Part shown: piece by piece, positions 1 to 14,100 of the stretch
Position numbering within the stretch: the first letter of the stretch is position 1
How the letters are laid out: every line of letters begins with the position of its first letter
Source: Kipferlia bialata
Taxonomy: Eukaryota
DNA length: 33,493 bases
Assembly: GCA_003568945.1 (NCBI GenBank)
Contig: BDIP01000075.1
Location: 1 to 33,493, forward strand
Reading direction: 5' to 3'
Made by a program: the position numbers and the translations under genes
Notes under the pieces: model-generated
Told to the model about the DNA's origin: nothing
The model's input: only the letters and a program-made list of their open reading frames with translations
The model's database searches: none

Positions 1-48
<48 letters not shown>
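1..48. repeat. (AT)n microsatellite
   Basis: Perfect AT dinucleotide run at the window start. Confidence 0.95.
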
Positions 49-51
<3 letters not shown>

Positions 52-60
52 CATAGTGTA

Positions 61-3000
61 ATGCTGATACTGACACTGACTGTTGCCATGATGCAGCTGG
101 TGGAACAGGTAACATTTGGCACACCCACACTATACTATCATACTGACACTACTGTTACCCTACTCTGACCCCAGTACTTCTGGATGATACCCTTCCCAGA
201 TGTCGAGGAGACACTTGACCTACTGGTCACTAAGGTACGTGTACGGTGGACATATGTAGTATGGTTATGACATTTAGTATGCATGTATGTGCACTCGTGG
301 TTTGTACCCCCCTGCCTCACCTAGGTCCACATGTCCATCTCTGCCATCGACCCCTCCTCCGTAGATGTGGGGACAGAGACAGTCACGCTGCAGGAGGGAG
401 AGGTACAAATGCACATCCAATATACACATATAGAAGTGGATGTGGTGTTTAGTGTGTCCACTTCTATTCTTTACCCCCAGGCCACTATCGCCCTGGATGG
501 TCTCTCCTTCTCATACTCCTTTGACTGGGAGTATGACGAGATAGGGTGGCCCTACATACACGACGGGGGAACAGGTGCGGAGGAGAGTATTTGCTCTCAT
601 TATCTGGTAATGCTAGAGGAGAGAGCAGGTCTCTCTCTCTCTCTCTCCCTCTGTGACACTCACCCTCCCAGGCACTGTGACTGTCTCAGATGTGTCAGCT
701 AGCGGGGCATTGGACTTCGGTGGGTATCCACAATACATAGTGTAGAGTATTCCATTTTGTTCAGTGTACCAGCCGTACTATTAATTCTACTCTTGGTTCT
801 ATTGTCAGTGTACCTCTGTAGCTGTCACACCCTCAGGCCTTGACACAAAGTGCTCGAGTGTCACAGCAGAGATATCAGACTTCAGGTGCAGTACCCACCT
901 TGTCAGTGTGTCACCATGATGGGCACACGTCTCCCTTGTCTTACATATACATATATATACATATATACACATGTGTATTTGTTCACCCGTCCTCACCCCC
1001 CAGTATGGACCTGGCCGGCAAGATCAAGGTGCATCTCGACGGTGAGTGCAGCAGTCTCTCTAGTTCTCTTTCTCTCTCTTACTCTGTATAGACCATCGCT
1101 GTGTGTAACTATATACACATTCCACCCCCTCTAACACCAAGGTGGTGCCAGTGCCCTTTACAGTGTCATTCTGTCTCTCTCCCTCTCTGTCCTTCTATGT
1201 CTGTATACCCAGCCACCCTAACCCCCAGGTGGTGCCAGTGCCCTGTACAATGTAGTCCTCAACACCCTCCTAGATGTATTGGACTCTGTCTTCACAGCAC
1301 TCTTTGAGGACAACGTGGCAGACATAGTGTCTCTGGCCATAGATGAGGTATGGGGTGTGGTATATTGGTCACATATTCAATTGTATGGGAGTGTGCATTT
1401 GAATATGGTTATCCTACCTCCCTTCCCACCCCAGCAATTTGCGTCGATGACCGACTTCATCCACACCGACATGTACGGGGACTATGTGACAGACTTCAGG
1501 TATATATATTCTGAGTCAGTGCATATATATATGTATATACATATATATATACATATGTATGTACGGGGACTACGTAACAGACTTCAGGTACTGACATAGG
1601 TGGCATATTGACTCTGAGTTAGTATATATACATATATATATACATATATATATACATGTGTATGTACGGGGACTACGTAACAGACTTCAGGTACGTCTAC
1701 CACTCTTTGTATGTCTATGTACATTTGACTTTGAATACTGATAGAGTGTAGAGATCTGGATTCTGAGCGGTTGATTTTAGTCTAAATGAACACTTTGTGG
1801 TCCAGTCATTATCATAGTCGTCTTCCCCTGACTCCAGACTGACTGACACCCCACTAGTGTATGACACCTACCTCGAGCTGTTCATGCATGGCTGGGAGTA
1901 CCCCCTAGATACCTACGATGCACCCCTGGAGGATGTGCCACAGTTCCCAGACACCATCCTGCAGAAGGTAGGGGGATAGTGTCTAACATATAGAGTGTAT
2001 ATTATACACATACAATTTGTGTGTATCGATGTTCAAATCCCCCCCTCTCCCCAGGACATGCAGATCAATATTGTATTATATTTGTCTCTATATACAAATT
2101 GTGTAAATGTATTTAAGCGTATACCTACTGTGACTATGCATAACCCCCAGGACATGCAGGTCAACCTGTCCCTATGAGTATATGAATGTATATTTCTATT
2201 AGTGTATACACACTGTTCATAGTCCTTGACACATTGTGACCCACAGGACATGCAGGTCAGTCTGTCCCGCCATGCCATCAACAGGACATTCACAGTGCAC
2301 ATAGCAGACAACCTGTTCACGGGTGGGTGGTGCATGAGCTGACATGAATGGGTGGTCTTCTATTGAGTAACCCACTGCACTGACTATGGGTCTCACCCCC
2401 AGGCACTGTCAAGCCGTCCAACCTGTCCAATCCCTCCCTGGGTGTACTGCTGACCACTGAGTACTACCAGGCCATAATGCCTAACCTCTATGCTAAGTAC
2501 GGGTGTATGTGTCTCTGCGCAAGAGTGTCCCACTCTTCTACTGTATATGTGATATGTGCGTCCACCTCACCATAGATACCCTGACCGGTCTCTGTCTGCC
2601 ACTCTAACGGCCACAGGGGATTCAGATACGGAGGTGGGGTGTAATGTGTTAATGGTACCAGTGTATATTCGTATACATCGCCGTCGTATTCACACACTCA
2701 CTGTGCAGGTCCTACCCTCCGGCCTCCTTGTTACAGCTGCCGTGTCTGTCACAGTCAGTGTGCTGAGTGAGGGTGGGGAGGAGGTATGGGGTATGCATAT
2801 ATCCACCATACTATCCTATGAATATGGCACTATCTGAACACACCCCACTGACCCCCCTAGATAGCTGAGGCGAGTGTCGTATCCATGAGTGGCACTCTGG
2901 GCATGGCCTGCCAGGTCTCTATCAGCATGGCCAACCACTGGCAGATAGCCACATCGGGGTGGTCCCCATACAACTGGACATTCACCCTCGATAACAGCAA

Positions 3001-3681
3001 GTGAGTCTTGGTATATAGTGTACACCTACAGTTCTTGCCTCCACACCATGCCAACCCCAGATACGACCAGTTTGACCCCAACAACTACATGCTGATGTCC
3101 TCCTATGCGGCACTGGAGCAGTACGGGGTGGCACCCTTCATGGAGTATAGGTATATAGTATAGTGTATGTTATAGTATGTGGTATAGTGTAGTAGAGGGT
3201 ATAGGGTATAGTTTATAGCAGTGGTGCCATATATAGAGTGTGTATGTGATGCTACAGAAGAGTACGGGGCGGCACCCTCCATGGAGTATAGGTGGGTAGT
3301 ATGTCACATATATTGGAGTATGTATTGCAAAGAAGAGTCTTCTAACATTCCTGTATGTAGTGTCACTGCTTGTTGTCCTGTCTCACCTTAGGTTGCACGA
3401 CAACATCAGAATTAGTATGAGTATCGTATTGTATCGGTATCAGCACCAGTAATGTGTAGAACGTGTCTCTTACCCCCCAGGTCCCACTACGATGCCATCA
3501 ATCTGCCCATGTACTCTAGATGCGTGGGGTTCAACGAGGATACAACCATTGTCAGATACCAGGTACAAGTATGAATGCAGTCTAGCTGTATATTGTCATA
3601 TTGTATAAATACACTAACTCTCAGGACGACGCAGCACTCATCGGGTTCGATGTGCAGAAGGTTCCCTACCCTGACTGCTGA
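61..3681 (+). CDS. BPI/LBP/CETP (TULIP) family lipid-binding protein; multi-exon, 5' end uncertain
   Basis: Phase-consistent GT-AG exons splice to YFWMIPFPDVEETLDLLVTK-VHMSISAIDPSSVDVG...ATIALDGLSFSYSFDWEYDEIGWPYIHDGGTGTVTVSDVSASG...KIKVHLDGGASALYNVVLNTLLDVLDSVFTALFEDNVADIV, resembling the BPI N-domain (IPxP motif, W-x-Y beta strand, 'HLDGGAS.LYN' helix). Later exons give DMQVSLSRHAINRTF...IMPNLYAKY (BPI C-domain-like). Stop TGA at 3679-3681. Confidence 0.75.
1559..1696 (+). repeat. Two intronic copies of the exon end + donor site at 1471-1505
   Basis: atgtacggggactacgtaacagacttcag|gtac at 1559 and 1662 vs exonic atgtacggggactatgtgacagacttcag|gtat at 1471. Confidence 0.9.
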
Positions 3682-4080
3682 GTGGCCGTGTCAGACTTGT
3701 TGAGAGAGGAAGAGAGGTCAAAGGAGATTGAGCGATACCAATATAGATACTTCCCAAATGTCATATAGGTCTTATGATGTATGATGTAATTAATGTCAGT
3801 TGCATTCTACATACAGAATTGTGTTACTTGTTGATACCTGGTAGTGTCGGGGATACCGACTCGGGATTGCTGATGGCCTTGCCTCGAAGGAGAATTAGCC
3901 TGAACAGTGCATATTGATACACTCAATTGTTTCATGGCAGGCTGTTCAGCGGTTGTCACTGTACAGATCCCCAACCCGGTATCTTCTGGTCCCTCTCTGA
4001 CCTGTCAAATCCAGCCTCCATATCAACTCGCTGGAACACTAGACCGTCTGAAACAACTACCCACCCACCTTGGCTCTCAG

Positions 4081-5337
4081 GTGGTTCGGAGGCATGAGAT
4101 CCAGCATATGGGATGACATATGCCCTGTGTTCAAAGGACATCCGGTCGGTGAGGAGGGACATGACAGAAACACACAGTGTCTTCCAATCACTCTACCCGC
4201 CCTGTCTACAGCTGACAGAGGACACGTTGAGGGTACGGTACAGTCCACCACGACTGTGACACTGATACTGCGAAGACACTGGGGACTCTCTGTCATACGT
4301 CTGTACACGATGCTTGGTCCCCTATTCCAGTACTCTTCTACACTGCACTTCAGACACGACTCATATCTACCCCTAACCCAAAGCCCACCTGCCTAGACCC
4401 CACGGCCGCAGGTCCCAATCCTCCCTTCACACCAAGGCACACAACTCACATCACACACAGAGGGTGGCGAACGAGAGGCGGAGCAGGTCCTCTCTCTCTG
4501 GTGTGTATATTGAGGGTGGAAGAAATGCGTCTGGGTCCGCCTTAGTGGTGGCCGACCTAACACAGAAGGTACATGAATGATATAGATGTTGTGGTATTAC
4601 ATAGGTGTGCACCGAGACCTCTGTCGCCAAACCACTCTCCTATATGGTGCTACACTGTCGCGGCGAGACTAACCATATTCATCAACTATTGCAATGCCCT
4701 CCATAATTGACGTTCTCATGCTCATTACCTATGACCCTAACCATCAGAACCTGAGACTGTTTGACTCTGCCCCTCCCTGGACCGAGGCAGACTATAACCC
4801 ACTGCCCACCGTACCCCCAGACCCAGATAGGTTCACTCTCCTGCAGCCAAGACACGAGCTGTTCCCCATGTCGGTACGGGTGTATATGATAGTAGAACAC
4901 TCATACTGCAACAATATGGCGGTGACTGAGTAACTAGCACACTACTGAGTGATATACTTGGGGTAAATACAGTGACGTGAAACTGACACTAGCTCCCCAA
5001 GCTAGCCCGGGTGTCCCCCCTAGAGGCATCTATCCAGAGACGCCAGGGGTATGGGGGGACGGGTCAGTATTGGGGCAACGGGACAGCAGGCCTCCTCCGT
5101 CCCCCTCCACCTCGAGGTGCAGATACACTCTGTGACCTATCTCCAATCCCTGAGTACAAGCTGCACCCTGCTGGCAACACCCCTCTGCCCTGTGAGGACT
5201 GGATGAGGAAGCAGAGAGGCAGCCTCGCAATCCCTCCTGCAGATGGCAACGGTACGTTGGCCAGATACTCGTCCGTCGTAGTGTCCTCTCTCTCTCGCGT
5301 TCCTCAACAATGTGGTATTGGAGTAGTACAACAGTAA
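4081..5337 (+). CDS. Hypothetical spliced protein (at least 4 exons; start unresolved)
   Basis: Exons ~4081-4232, ~4384-4568, ~4748-4873 and ~5001-5337 are joined by GT-AG introns with matching phases (1,0,0) and CTAAC/CTGAC branch motifs. No recognisable domain. Confidence 0.45.
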
Positions 5338-6422
5338 GACTTAAACTAAGATCATCTAAGTTAGATCTCTATCTCTTACTCCGCTGCTAATGAAACAGGT
5401 TCTATCATGCGTTCGTGCTCTGAACAACCCACACGCCGTGGAAATAGATGTGGCAGACACAAGAGCAGGTCTCGCAGAGAGCAGTCGCAAGACTACTCAA
5501 ATTGAGTAACTCAATGGACCAGTAGAATTTGACTGAATAATAGTATTGTAATCCTGTCCAAAGTGGTTATGGCTTCCTGATTCACGCAGATAATATATGT
5601 GAGATAAATGTATGTCGCCATGTGTGTTCCACATTCAGACGCGTAAGTATGAGTGACTGACAGATTGAATTGGAAGGATCCAAGGTTACGTTCAGAGTCT
5701 GAATACAATTACGAACACACTGTTGTGCTCAGATGTTCAACACTGATTGTGTAAGTACTACATGTGTATCGTAACCATGAGTCATGCCGCTACGCATGCA
5801 CTGTATAATGCACAGTGTGGAGAAGACTAAACAGTCCAGAGAAGGCATAGTGTCAGAGAGATGCCTTCACCCCGTCCTACCACTCCCACCACCAGCTGTC
5901 CACGTTTAAGACGCCTACCACGCAGCAACTTGACTGCCTTCAGTTTAGTAGGTGTGCTGGGGTACATATCGCTTCGGCTTAGCACCACACTTAGTCGCCA
6001 AGTGCTGAGTCGCTAAGTGGGGACAAGTGTCTCTTCTTGCTAGCCTCAAGTGGCAATGCCAGAGAAACCTGAGCAGCCCATTGCTCTCTCCACCCTCTTG
6101 GCTCAGAGAAAGGCAGGGTCGGTGGCAGACACACCAGCTACAGGTATACAGCAACCAGCGCCTCCTAGGAAAGCGATAGTCGTACTCTTCATATAATGCA
6201 TCAGATCTTCATGTAATCCTGTCGTGTGCTGTATTCAACACGTCAATGTGTTACTGTCGACATGGTCATGCCAAGCGATGTATATGTATTGGCTTTCCTT
6301 ATATCAGCAATACACTCTTCTGACTAACCAGGTGGCGACGCAGGTAATGGACCGTTACTTGGGAACAGTTACACCAGCCAGTGCCATGAGGTAGAGGCCC
6401 TCTCTCACCCTCCCCTGCTTAG

Positions 6423-7064
6423 GAGGGGACGCCGTCTTGTACCCGTGCAGGTGCATGATGTGAAGGCGACCGCTCACTCTGCCTCCTCAGGGTCATGTCT
6501 TCCCCGTCCACCCACACACCCTCGGCCCATACAGATAGGGTCTATCCAGCAGAAGGTATGCTTCATCATACAAGTCATCCTATGGAGGCTCTACTCTTCT
6601 TTACCGGTCAGCTCCCACAGCCCCTTGGACACCCCTCTCTTGTCCCTCCCCAGGGGGTGCGCCCATGTGAAGACATGCCACTACAGGGTTTGGTACTTAG
6701 AGGGGGAGAGAGACTCTCTCAGAGAGACCATGGCATGGAGGGACTGACCAGGGCAGTGAGAGTGGACACCAGCACAGACTCTGTGTCTGTGAGTGTCATG
6801 GGTGACACATCTAGGGAGGGGAGCCCCATGGAGAGTGCCTGCCAGACTAGAACACACGCTGTGTCTGGTATGACCCAGCACTCAGGTACACACAGGCCAA
6901 CCCAACGCATTCCCTGCTACAGAACAACAGACCTCCCACGCCTGGCTCCCACAACACAGAGACACCAGAAGACAAGAGAGAGCCTGGGGTCTCTGGGTGG
7001 GAGTAGAGGTCTCAGGTCCGAGGCATGGAGGCCATGTGCCTCAGGAACAGTGAATACCGAGTAG
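6423..7064 (+). CDS. Hypothetical low-complexity spliced protein, 3' exons
   Basis: Exon ending ...IGSIQQK|gtatgc (~6555) splices in phase 0 to ccccag|GVRPCEDMPLQ..., which is open to TAG at 7064. Upstream exons unclear. Confidence 0.3.
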
Positions 7065-7163
7065 ATATCAAGAATCATGTTATACTCAGAAATCAATTGA
7101 TCAAGAAATTTCGAAATGATGAAACAGATCAATTTTGAAATGTGAAAACAGACCCTCACACTG

Positions 7164-10100
7164 ATGTCCCCTCACTGTATGGAAAGTGATTGTGGTGCAA
7201 TGCAGGCTGACAACCCGGAGCCTGATGCAAGTGTGACCGCTGAGGTCTGTGGAGTGTTAGATACAGACGGGGTGGTATCAGAGGCGGGTACAGCAGGGGA
7301 CATATCTGACCCCCATACACCCGAAGATACGGGTGCCAGTGGAGCTACCACTGACCCGTCGGCCTATATGGGCACACAGAGAGTGCCAACACTGCTGCTA
7401 AGGTATTATGCCGCCGTCTTCAATAGCCTCTGTACTCTCGCAGTTTGTTCCCTGCATTCCATGCACCATACACCATACCCAGCGTGCACTCTGCTGTCAC
7501 TAACCCCAGGGTAGCGTGGCCAAGTGTGATTGGTATGCTTGTGCAGGTAAATGCAGTGTTTATTCTGGTGGTACTGTATGGTGATACTGATTCTAGTATC
7601 ATGTGTTAGTGTATGGATTGCCCATGCTTCAATCGTTGTCACATGAGCTGGGGCAATTACGAATCTGACTCCTACTCTCTTCTATGTCCCTCATGCCAGG
7701 CCCTGTACAACGTGGTGGACTCCATCTTTGTGGCCCAGGGGGTGGGTACAATGGGGGTCGGGGCTCTGGGTATGTGCATGTACCTTTCTCTGTGTGCATG
7801 GATACACCAGTTCTGTAACACTCTATGTATATGACAGTGGTGTGTAGTCTGGTCACATATCCTTCCTATCTTTCTCTCTCTCTGCGTCTCCCTCCGTTCC
7901 TGATATTTCTTTTCACTACATTCTTTTTTCTTCTTCTCTCTCTCTCCCCCCCCCCCTTCTCTTGCTCATGCACAGCTGTGTTCCTCCCCATCGAGGTGAC
8001 TCTGTACGCTGCCATAGGTATGAATCCACATGCATTGTCACACACACACACACAAGTATATATATATTCATTTCTATTTCCCATCTCTACTTCTCTCTCT
8101 GCCCCTCCCCTCATACGCCAGGGAATGTGTTTGGGAGTGGGGCTGCCGCCATGATAGCCAGATCTCTGGGTGCCAATGACACTAAGAGGGCAGAGGTGTG
8201 TGTGTGTATGTGTGTGTATATATCCCTCTACACCCCCCAACCTCTTAGGCTGTGCTGCTCAACATGCTAGTGGCCTGTGCCGCACAGAGCATCATCATCC
8301 CACTGGCATTCCTGCCCTGGTTCAGCACATTCCTCAGGCTCTTTGGTATGCGTCATGTTGCATTCTCCTAGTCATAGTCCCCCTGTAACCCCCAGGTGCC
8401 ACCGATGCCATCCTACCTGGTGCTATAACTACAATGTATGACAATGCATACGTGTACACTCACCCTGCCAGGTGCCACTGATGCCATCCTGCCAGGTGCC
8501 CTGGAGTACGGTCGCATCCTGACAGTGTTTGTGTGTAGGTACGGTGACTATTCAGCTCCATACCCTGTATACACCTCTCTCTTCTCATCTCCTCTACTGT
8601 CATGACCAATGCACAATCATACCCCTGCCTCCCCCCCCAGCTACATGTTTGGCCAGTCCCTGCCCCACATCCTGAGGGCACTGGGCTATGAGAGGCTATC
8701 CATGCAGATGGTAGTGGGTATGTGATCAATACAATGTAATAGTCATATAGTGTATGGTGGAGCCAGTGCCCTTGATGTTGTGTTCTGCCCCCCCCTCCTC
8801 CCCTCACCCCCAGCCTCTGCTTGTATCAACATGGTCATCGACCCCTTACTCATCTTTGGGTTTGACATGGGTATCAGTGGGGCAGCCATCAGTACAGTGG
8901 TGGCACAGACAGTGCCAGGTATGTGTATGTACATACTAATATGATACTGGATATCCTATGTATCTGTATCCACCCCCCCACCCCAGCTGTGCTTGCCATT
9001 CTGTTCCTCATGAAGGAGACGCAGCCAGTCAGGATAAGGTGGGGCAGGGAGTATACGTACGTATAGGGTGGTGTATACGTTGTGTATGCACATGTACAGT
9101 GTATGTAGCGCTGGAGGAGTCACGATCAGATGGGAACTACCTGTGACATTGATGGGAGTGCACATCAGTTCTATCACTTGTGTTTAGCAGCGTCAGTGAT
9201 GTCTCTCTGACCCTAGGTTTGACAGAGACATTGACTTTGCCATCATGAGACGCTTCCTGGGACTAGGTGAGTCAGTCACATGGTCTGTTGTCCCTGAGTG
9301 TTTGACTATTTGTATATGTATTGTCTATATGTGTTATTCCCTCTCACCTCAGGCTTCCCCCAGATGGGCCAGCAGTCCTCCCAGGCACTGCCCGTGGTAC
9401 TAGGTGGGTGTGATACAGTGCATGTGTATTCTCAAATCATATATGTGTCCCTTATGCGTAATGTAACCCCAGGCAACGCCCTCATCAAGCACTTTGCCGA
9501 CCCCGCTGATGTAGACACACTCATTGTGGTGTTCAGCGGCATCCTCCAGCGGTGCGTCCACTCAATATCAACATAATACTTATCTCTATATTACTCTGTA
9601 GAGCCATGCGCATGTGAGTGCATCACGTGTTTTCATATGACACAACAATTTGAATTCCTCCCCCCCCAGCTACCTCGCTCTCCTCATCCCCCCCCCATCA
9701 TCGCTCTTACATTATATATATAGTATATGTAGTATTGCTATATCTATATATTACTGTATACCTCATTCCAAGGTACCTCGCCCTCCTCATCTTGCCCATC
9801 ATCGGTATGACAGCCGGGTATCTACCCGTGGCCAGTTACAACCTGGGGGCCAAGAACTACCACCGCTTCATGCGCGTAGTACTGTATGGCCTGTTGTTCA
9901 GCGGCTCCATAGCAACTGTGGGGTGGTTAGGTAGGGGTATATGGCTGCAGATAACAGTCATGTTGTCATCCAAGTTCTGTTTCCAGAAGGGATATCCATC
10001 GTTGAGCACCATCTGCCTATATATATATATATATATAGATATATAGGCAAAGTATATCCTATCCTGACCCCCAGGCACCCTCCTCGCCCCTGCCCTCATT

Positions 10101-10923
10101 GTACAGGTACTGGGTGGAGACGACCCTGCCCTGACCGATCTGGGCGTGTCTGTCATGAGGCACTGGTGCTACGGGTTCCTACTGGTGTGCTTCCCATACG
10201 TGGCAGCAGCCACATTCCAGGTGGGGATACTATGTATGCATATGTATACTACAGTGTCGTTGCTACCTGTCTCACCGCAGGCCCAGTCCCAGGCCCTCCT
10301 GGCCACAGCAGTGGCCCTTGCCAGACAGGTATGCAAGGGGTAGACAGATGCATATGCTTGCCTATCTCTCTCCCATTCTGTCAATCTCCCTCTCTCCCTC
10401 TCTCTATCTCTCTATCTCTCCCCCTGACCCCCCAGATGCTCATCATGCTGCCAACCATGGCCATCATGCCCATGATCACAGGGTGGGTGGATGTATATGT
10501 GTACAATATGAGTATCTATATGGCTATCTATAGGGAATACATCAGCCGTCACCCACATGCCCATGATCGCTGAGTGGATGTATACATATGGCTGTACTCA
10601 TCACTCATAGGATCAGCTCCACACATTGTCCCTCCCCTCATCCCAGCAACATTGAGTCGATGTTCTACGCTGGCACTGTGAGTGATGTGTGTGCTGCTGT
10701 CTCATCGATGCTGCTGATGGGGTGGTATGTGTACAGGCCCCTGGTGCCCCTGCTGGCAGAGGAGAAGAGGGAGAGAGAGGAGGCAGAGGGGGCAGACGCC
10801 CTGGAGAGCCAGTGTAACGCAGAGACACCAGAGGGAGAGGGAGAGGGAGAGAGTGTAGTGGAGACACTCGCCGTACCCACCTGTGGGGAGGGAGAGGTAG
10901 CCGTTGAGGTGGCAGATGAGTGA
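7164..10923 (+). CDS. MATE family multidrug/toxin efflux transporter (MepA/DinF-like), multi-exon
   Basis: Spliced translation: LLRVAWPSVIGMLVQALYNVVDSIFVAQGVGTMGVGAL...FGSGAAAMIARSLGANDTKRAE...FGATDAILPGALEYGRIL...SACINMVIDPLLIFGFDMGISGAAISTVVAQ...GYLPVASYNLGAKNYHR...RQMLIMLP. These are hallmark motifs of both MATE repeats. Acidic N- and C-terminal tails; stop at 10921-10923. Confidence 0.93.
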
Positions 10924-11150
10924 GATGTCGCTACTAACAGTAGTAGGTGACAAGTAGCCGGCCATATTTGGTTCCCTGCCTGTCTATTCTTATAGGGTCA
11001 CAAGTAGTATTCAGATTCATTTACGTTCCCATAGTTTGAGAAGAATAGATACTGTGACGAGTGTATTGTGATGTCGCTGCTGTCCATTGATAGTGGGTAG
11101 GAGTGCAATGGAACCATCTTGTCAATCAATTCGTCAATCGTAACCAATCA

Positions 11151-14100
11151 ATGGAATCCCACACCGATGAGCACATTGATCCCATTCCCATCTCTTCTAC
11201 TTCCACACAGACACATATGGTATCCTGCAGCACTGTGTCGTCTGGTGTTGTGGGCGGTGGCAGCTCCTTCCACTCCCTGACCCCACCCCCCGTGTGTCAG
11301 CTGACAGAGGACACATGGTGTGTGGTGGTATTGGTTATATGCATTATTAGTATCATACCATATACATATAGTCTGATGCCAGGTTTGCCTGTGGTCTCCT
11401 GGTGGCCAACCCAGGCACGCCAGAGGCTAGTGTGCAGGCACTGTCCCTGACACCTGAGGGAGGTAGGGGGGGGATAGTGGGAGAGGGTAGATACTATCGA
11501 TATGCACGTCTCGTCTGTTCACACTGATGACAATGTCATTAATCATAGATCGTCCACACGGGTACTCCACCTCTGTCTCATGGTATACTCTGTCTATGTG
11601 TGTCTACGTGTCTGTTTATGTGTCTCTGTCTGCACTGACCCCCTAGACCACTGCCAAAGGCATCTATCTCTCTCTGTCTCTCTCTCTCTCTCTCTCTGTC
11701 TCTGTGTCAGTCTGCCCTGACTCCCAGACAAGTCCCCCTTTGCCAGAGAGGTGGGCTGCTTCAACTCTGTGGATGCAGTGCAGACCCTCCCCCCCTCCTC
11801 CATTGGACCCAGGCTCATGGTGATGGGGAGCCTCGTGTACCAGGTGAGTATCTATTCCAGGTATATATACACAGTATACACAGTACACACATGATACATG
11901 TACCAGATAGGGGTGGACAGGCAGTGATTCATACTGATGGTGATGGGGAGCATGGTGTACTAGGTGAGGGCTGGACAGGCAGTGGTGTTCCTAGCAGTAG
12001 TCTCCCCCCCCCTCTCTGACCCCTCAGGTGGACGGGTACTCCAGCACATGCTCCAAGGCAACATGCATACTTCAGTTCAAGGCCCTCCCCGACTCTCCCT
12101 CCCTCTCCCCCTGTGTGTCTCTGTCCATCCTCAGGTGTCAGTGTCTGTATTTGTATATGTATCAGTGATACATATCTATAGGTATATATACTGATCCTGA
12201 CACTGACCCTCAGGGCATGGAGGCAGGGGGAGTGGGGCAACGGCATGGAGTACAAGGGGGTGCTAGGTAGGGTGCATATTTTTACACACACACACACACA
12301 TATATATATATACATAAACATATAATGCATATCACGAGGGTACTCTAGTGATGTTGGCAAGGCTAAGGATATATACAGTATCACCTCTCCTCCCATACCC
12401 CTTCCATTGACCCCCAGGTGACGGACGTCTGCTCCTCAAGGTGTCCCATGGGCCTGGTCTCATGATAGCCCCTACATCCCTGCTAGACAAGGCTGTGATG
12501 TCACAGGAGGAACTGCAGAGGTGTGGATATGATATACACAACTGCTTTGTTTACAGATTAGTAGGCTTCTAGTGCTGGCTACCTCATCTTACCCCAGTGC
12601 CCTCGCTGACCCTGCCTATACACATATATATTTGTATATTGAACGAGAGTCTCTAGTACAGTGTATTGTATAGTATTGGGTTCCCTGACCCCAGTGCCCT
12701 TGCCGACCCTGGCCACATCCACCAGAGCCTGGTCATGACAGAGGAGTACTCAGAGACAGTGCCGGAGGAGGTATGGCATGGATGTACTTCTACACACCTA
12801 CTCGGAGTCAGTCGTGTGTACATGTATCCCATAGTCTTACCCCTTAGGACCGGTATGTCTCCACACCACACTTCATTACTTCACATAGATGCCTATATCA
12901 CCTCACCTCAGTGCCGGCCTGTCTCTGTGGACTATGACCCTGAGTATAGGATGGATGACATCCGGCTGACTGCTCTGCCAGGGTGGGACCTGGTGGCTAC
13001 ACCCAACGTGTGCCTGGCACTCAGGTGGGGGCCCCATTTTCATTATTGATACTGATACTGATACTGATACTACATCTATCCGTGTGGCTGTATATGTATG
13101 TGTGTGTGGTTCTACTGCCTGGTTACCCTCTCTCACCATAGACACGGATCCACCAAGCCCGTGACCCTGACCCTTGTGGACAAGGCAGACGGGGCAGACA
13201 TCAACACCCCACCCCTGTTCTCCCTCCTGACCGACCCCTCCTCCCCCACCCCCACCCACCTCCTGCCTCTATACAAGACAGGTACCCTGGTGACACCCAT
13301 CCCCATTCCCACTGTGCTCTCTGCACTGGAGGGTGACATGGACGTGGACCCAGTCTGCATAGAGGTAGAGACAACACCCACCTCCTTCGGGGAGACCAGG
13401 GTGGTGGCTGGTGACATGGTCATAGCAGCCAGTGACAAGGTGGGACCGGGTATACTGAACTATCTCAATCATCTGTACGTTGATGTCATTTCCTATGTCT
13501 TACCCTGTAGGCCTCCCCACCCACCCCCTTCTTCTCCTCTGCTCTCGATGAGGCCAAGGCAACCTTCACCAGGTGTATGGCAGAGCAGGGTGTAGAGGCA
13601 GACAACCTCAAGGAGTACCCCAGGGCATTAGGTGATATGATCAGCATGACATTAGTGAAGATCTCTGTTCGCTCATCTTCCCTCTCCTTCTGACCCCAGG
13701 CTACTCGTTCCTGTCCGACTCCGTCCTCCCCCTCCCCACCCCCTGCTACCAGACGGTGGCTGCCATACACGTCAGTGGGAAGGGGCTGACTCTGCTGTGC
13801 TCGGTGGGCAGTGACACTCAGGTGGGACTGCTATTCTGTCTGTACTGACCAGTGCAGCATCTGCTAAACCCTATCCTTTATCCTACCCTGATCCCAGGTT
13901 GCCCTCACCCTGACTAGGGACGAGGTCACAGCTGGCACTGTACCACTGGGTGAGGCATGTGACATGGCCGCACTGGCTAGGCTCACCCAGGTATACATAT
14001 ATAGATATGTTTTTGTATACTGTATACTGACGGCTCATTATGCCCTGACCCCCCAGTTCTCCCAGTACACCGCCCCTCCCTTCGGCTCCTCTAGTGACAA

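Noticed and set aside
3700..6400. Possible transposon or retroelement remnant
   Set aside because: I found no RT, integrase, transposase or terminal-repeat signature.
12055..12135. Possible GC-AG intron donor at aag|gcaaca
   Set aside because: The frame stays open to a GT donor at ~12135 whose phase (2) matches the next exon.
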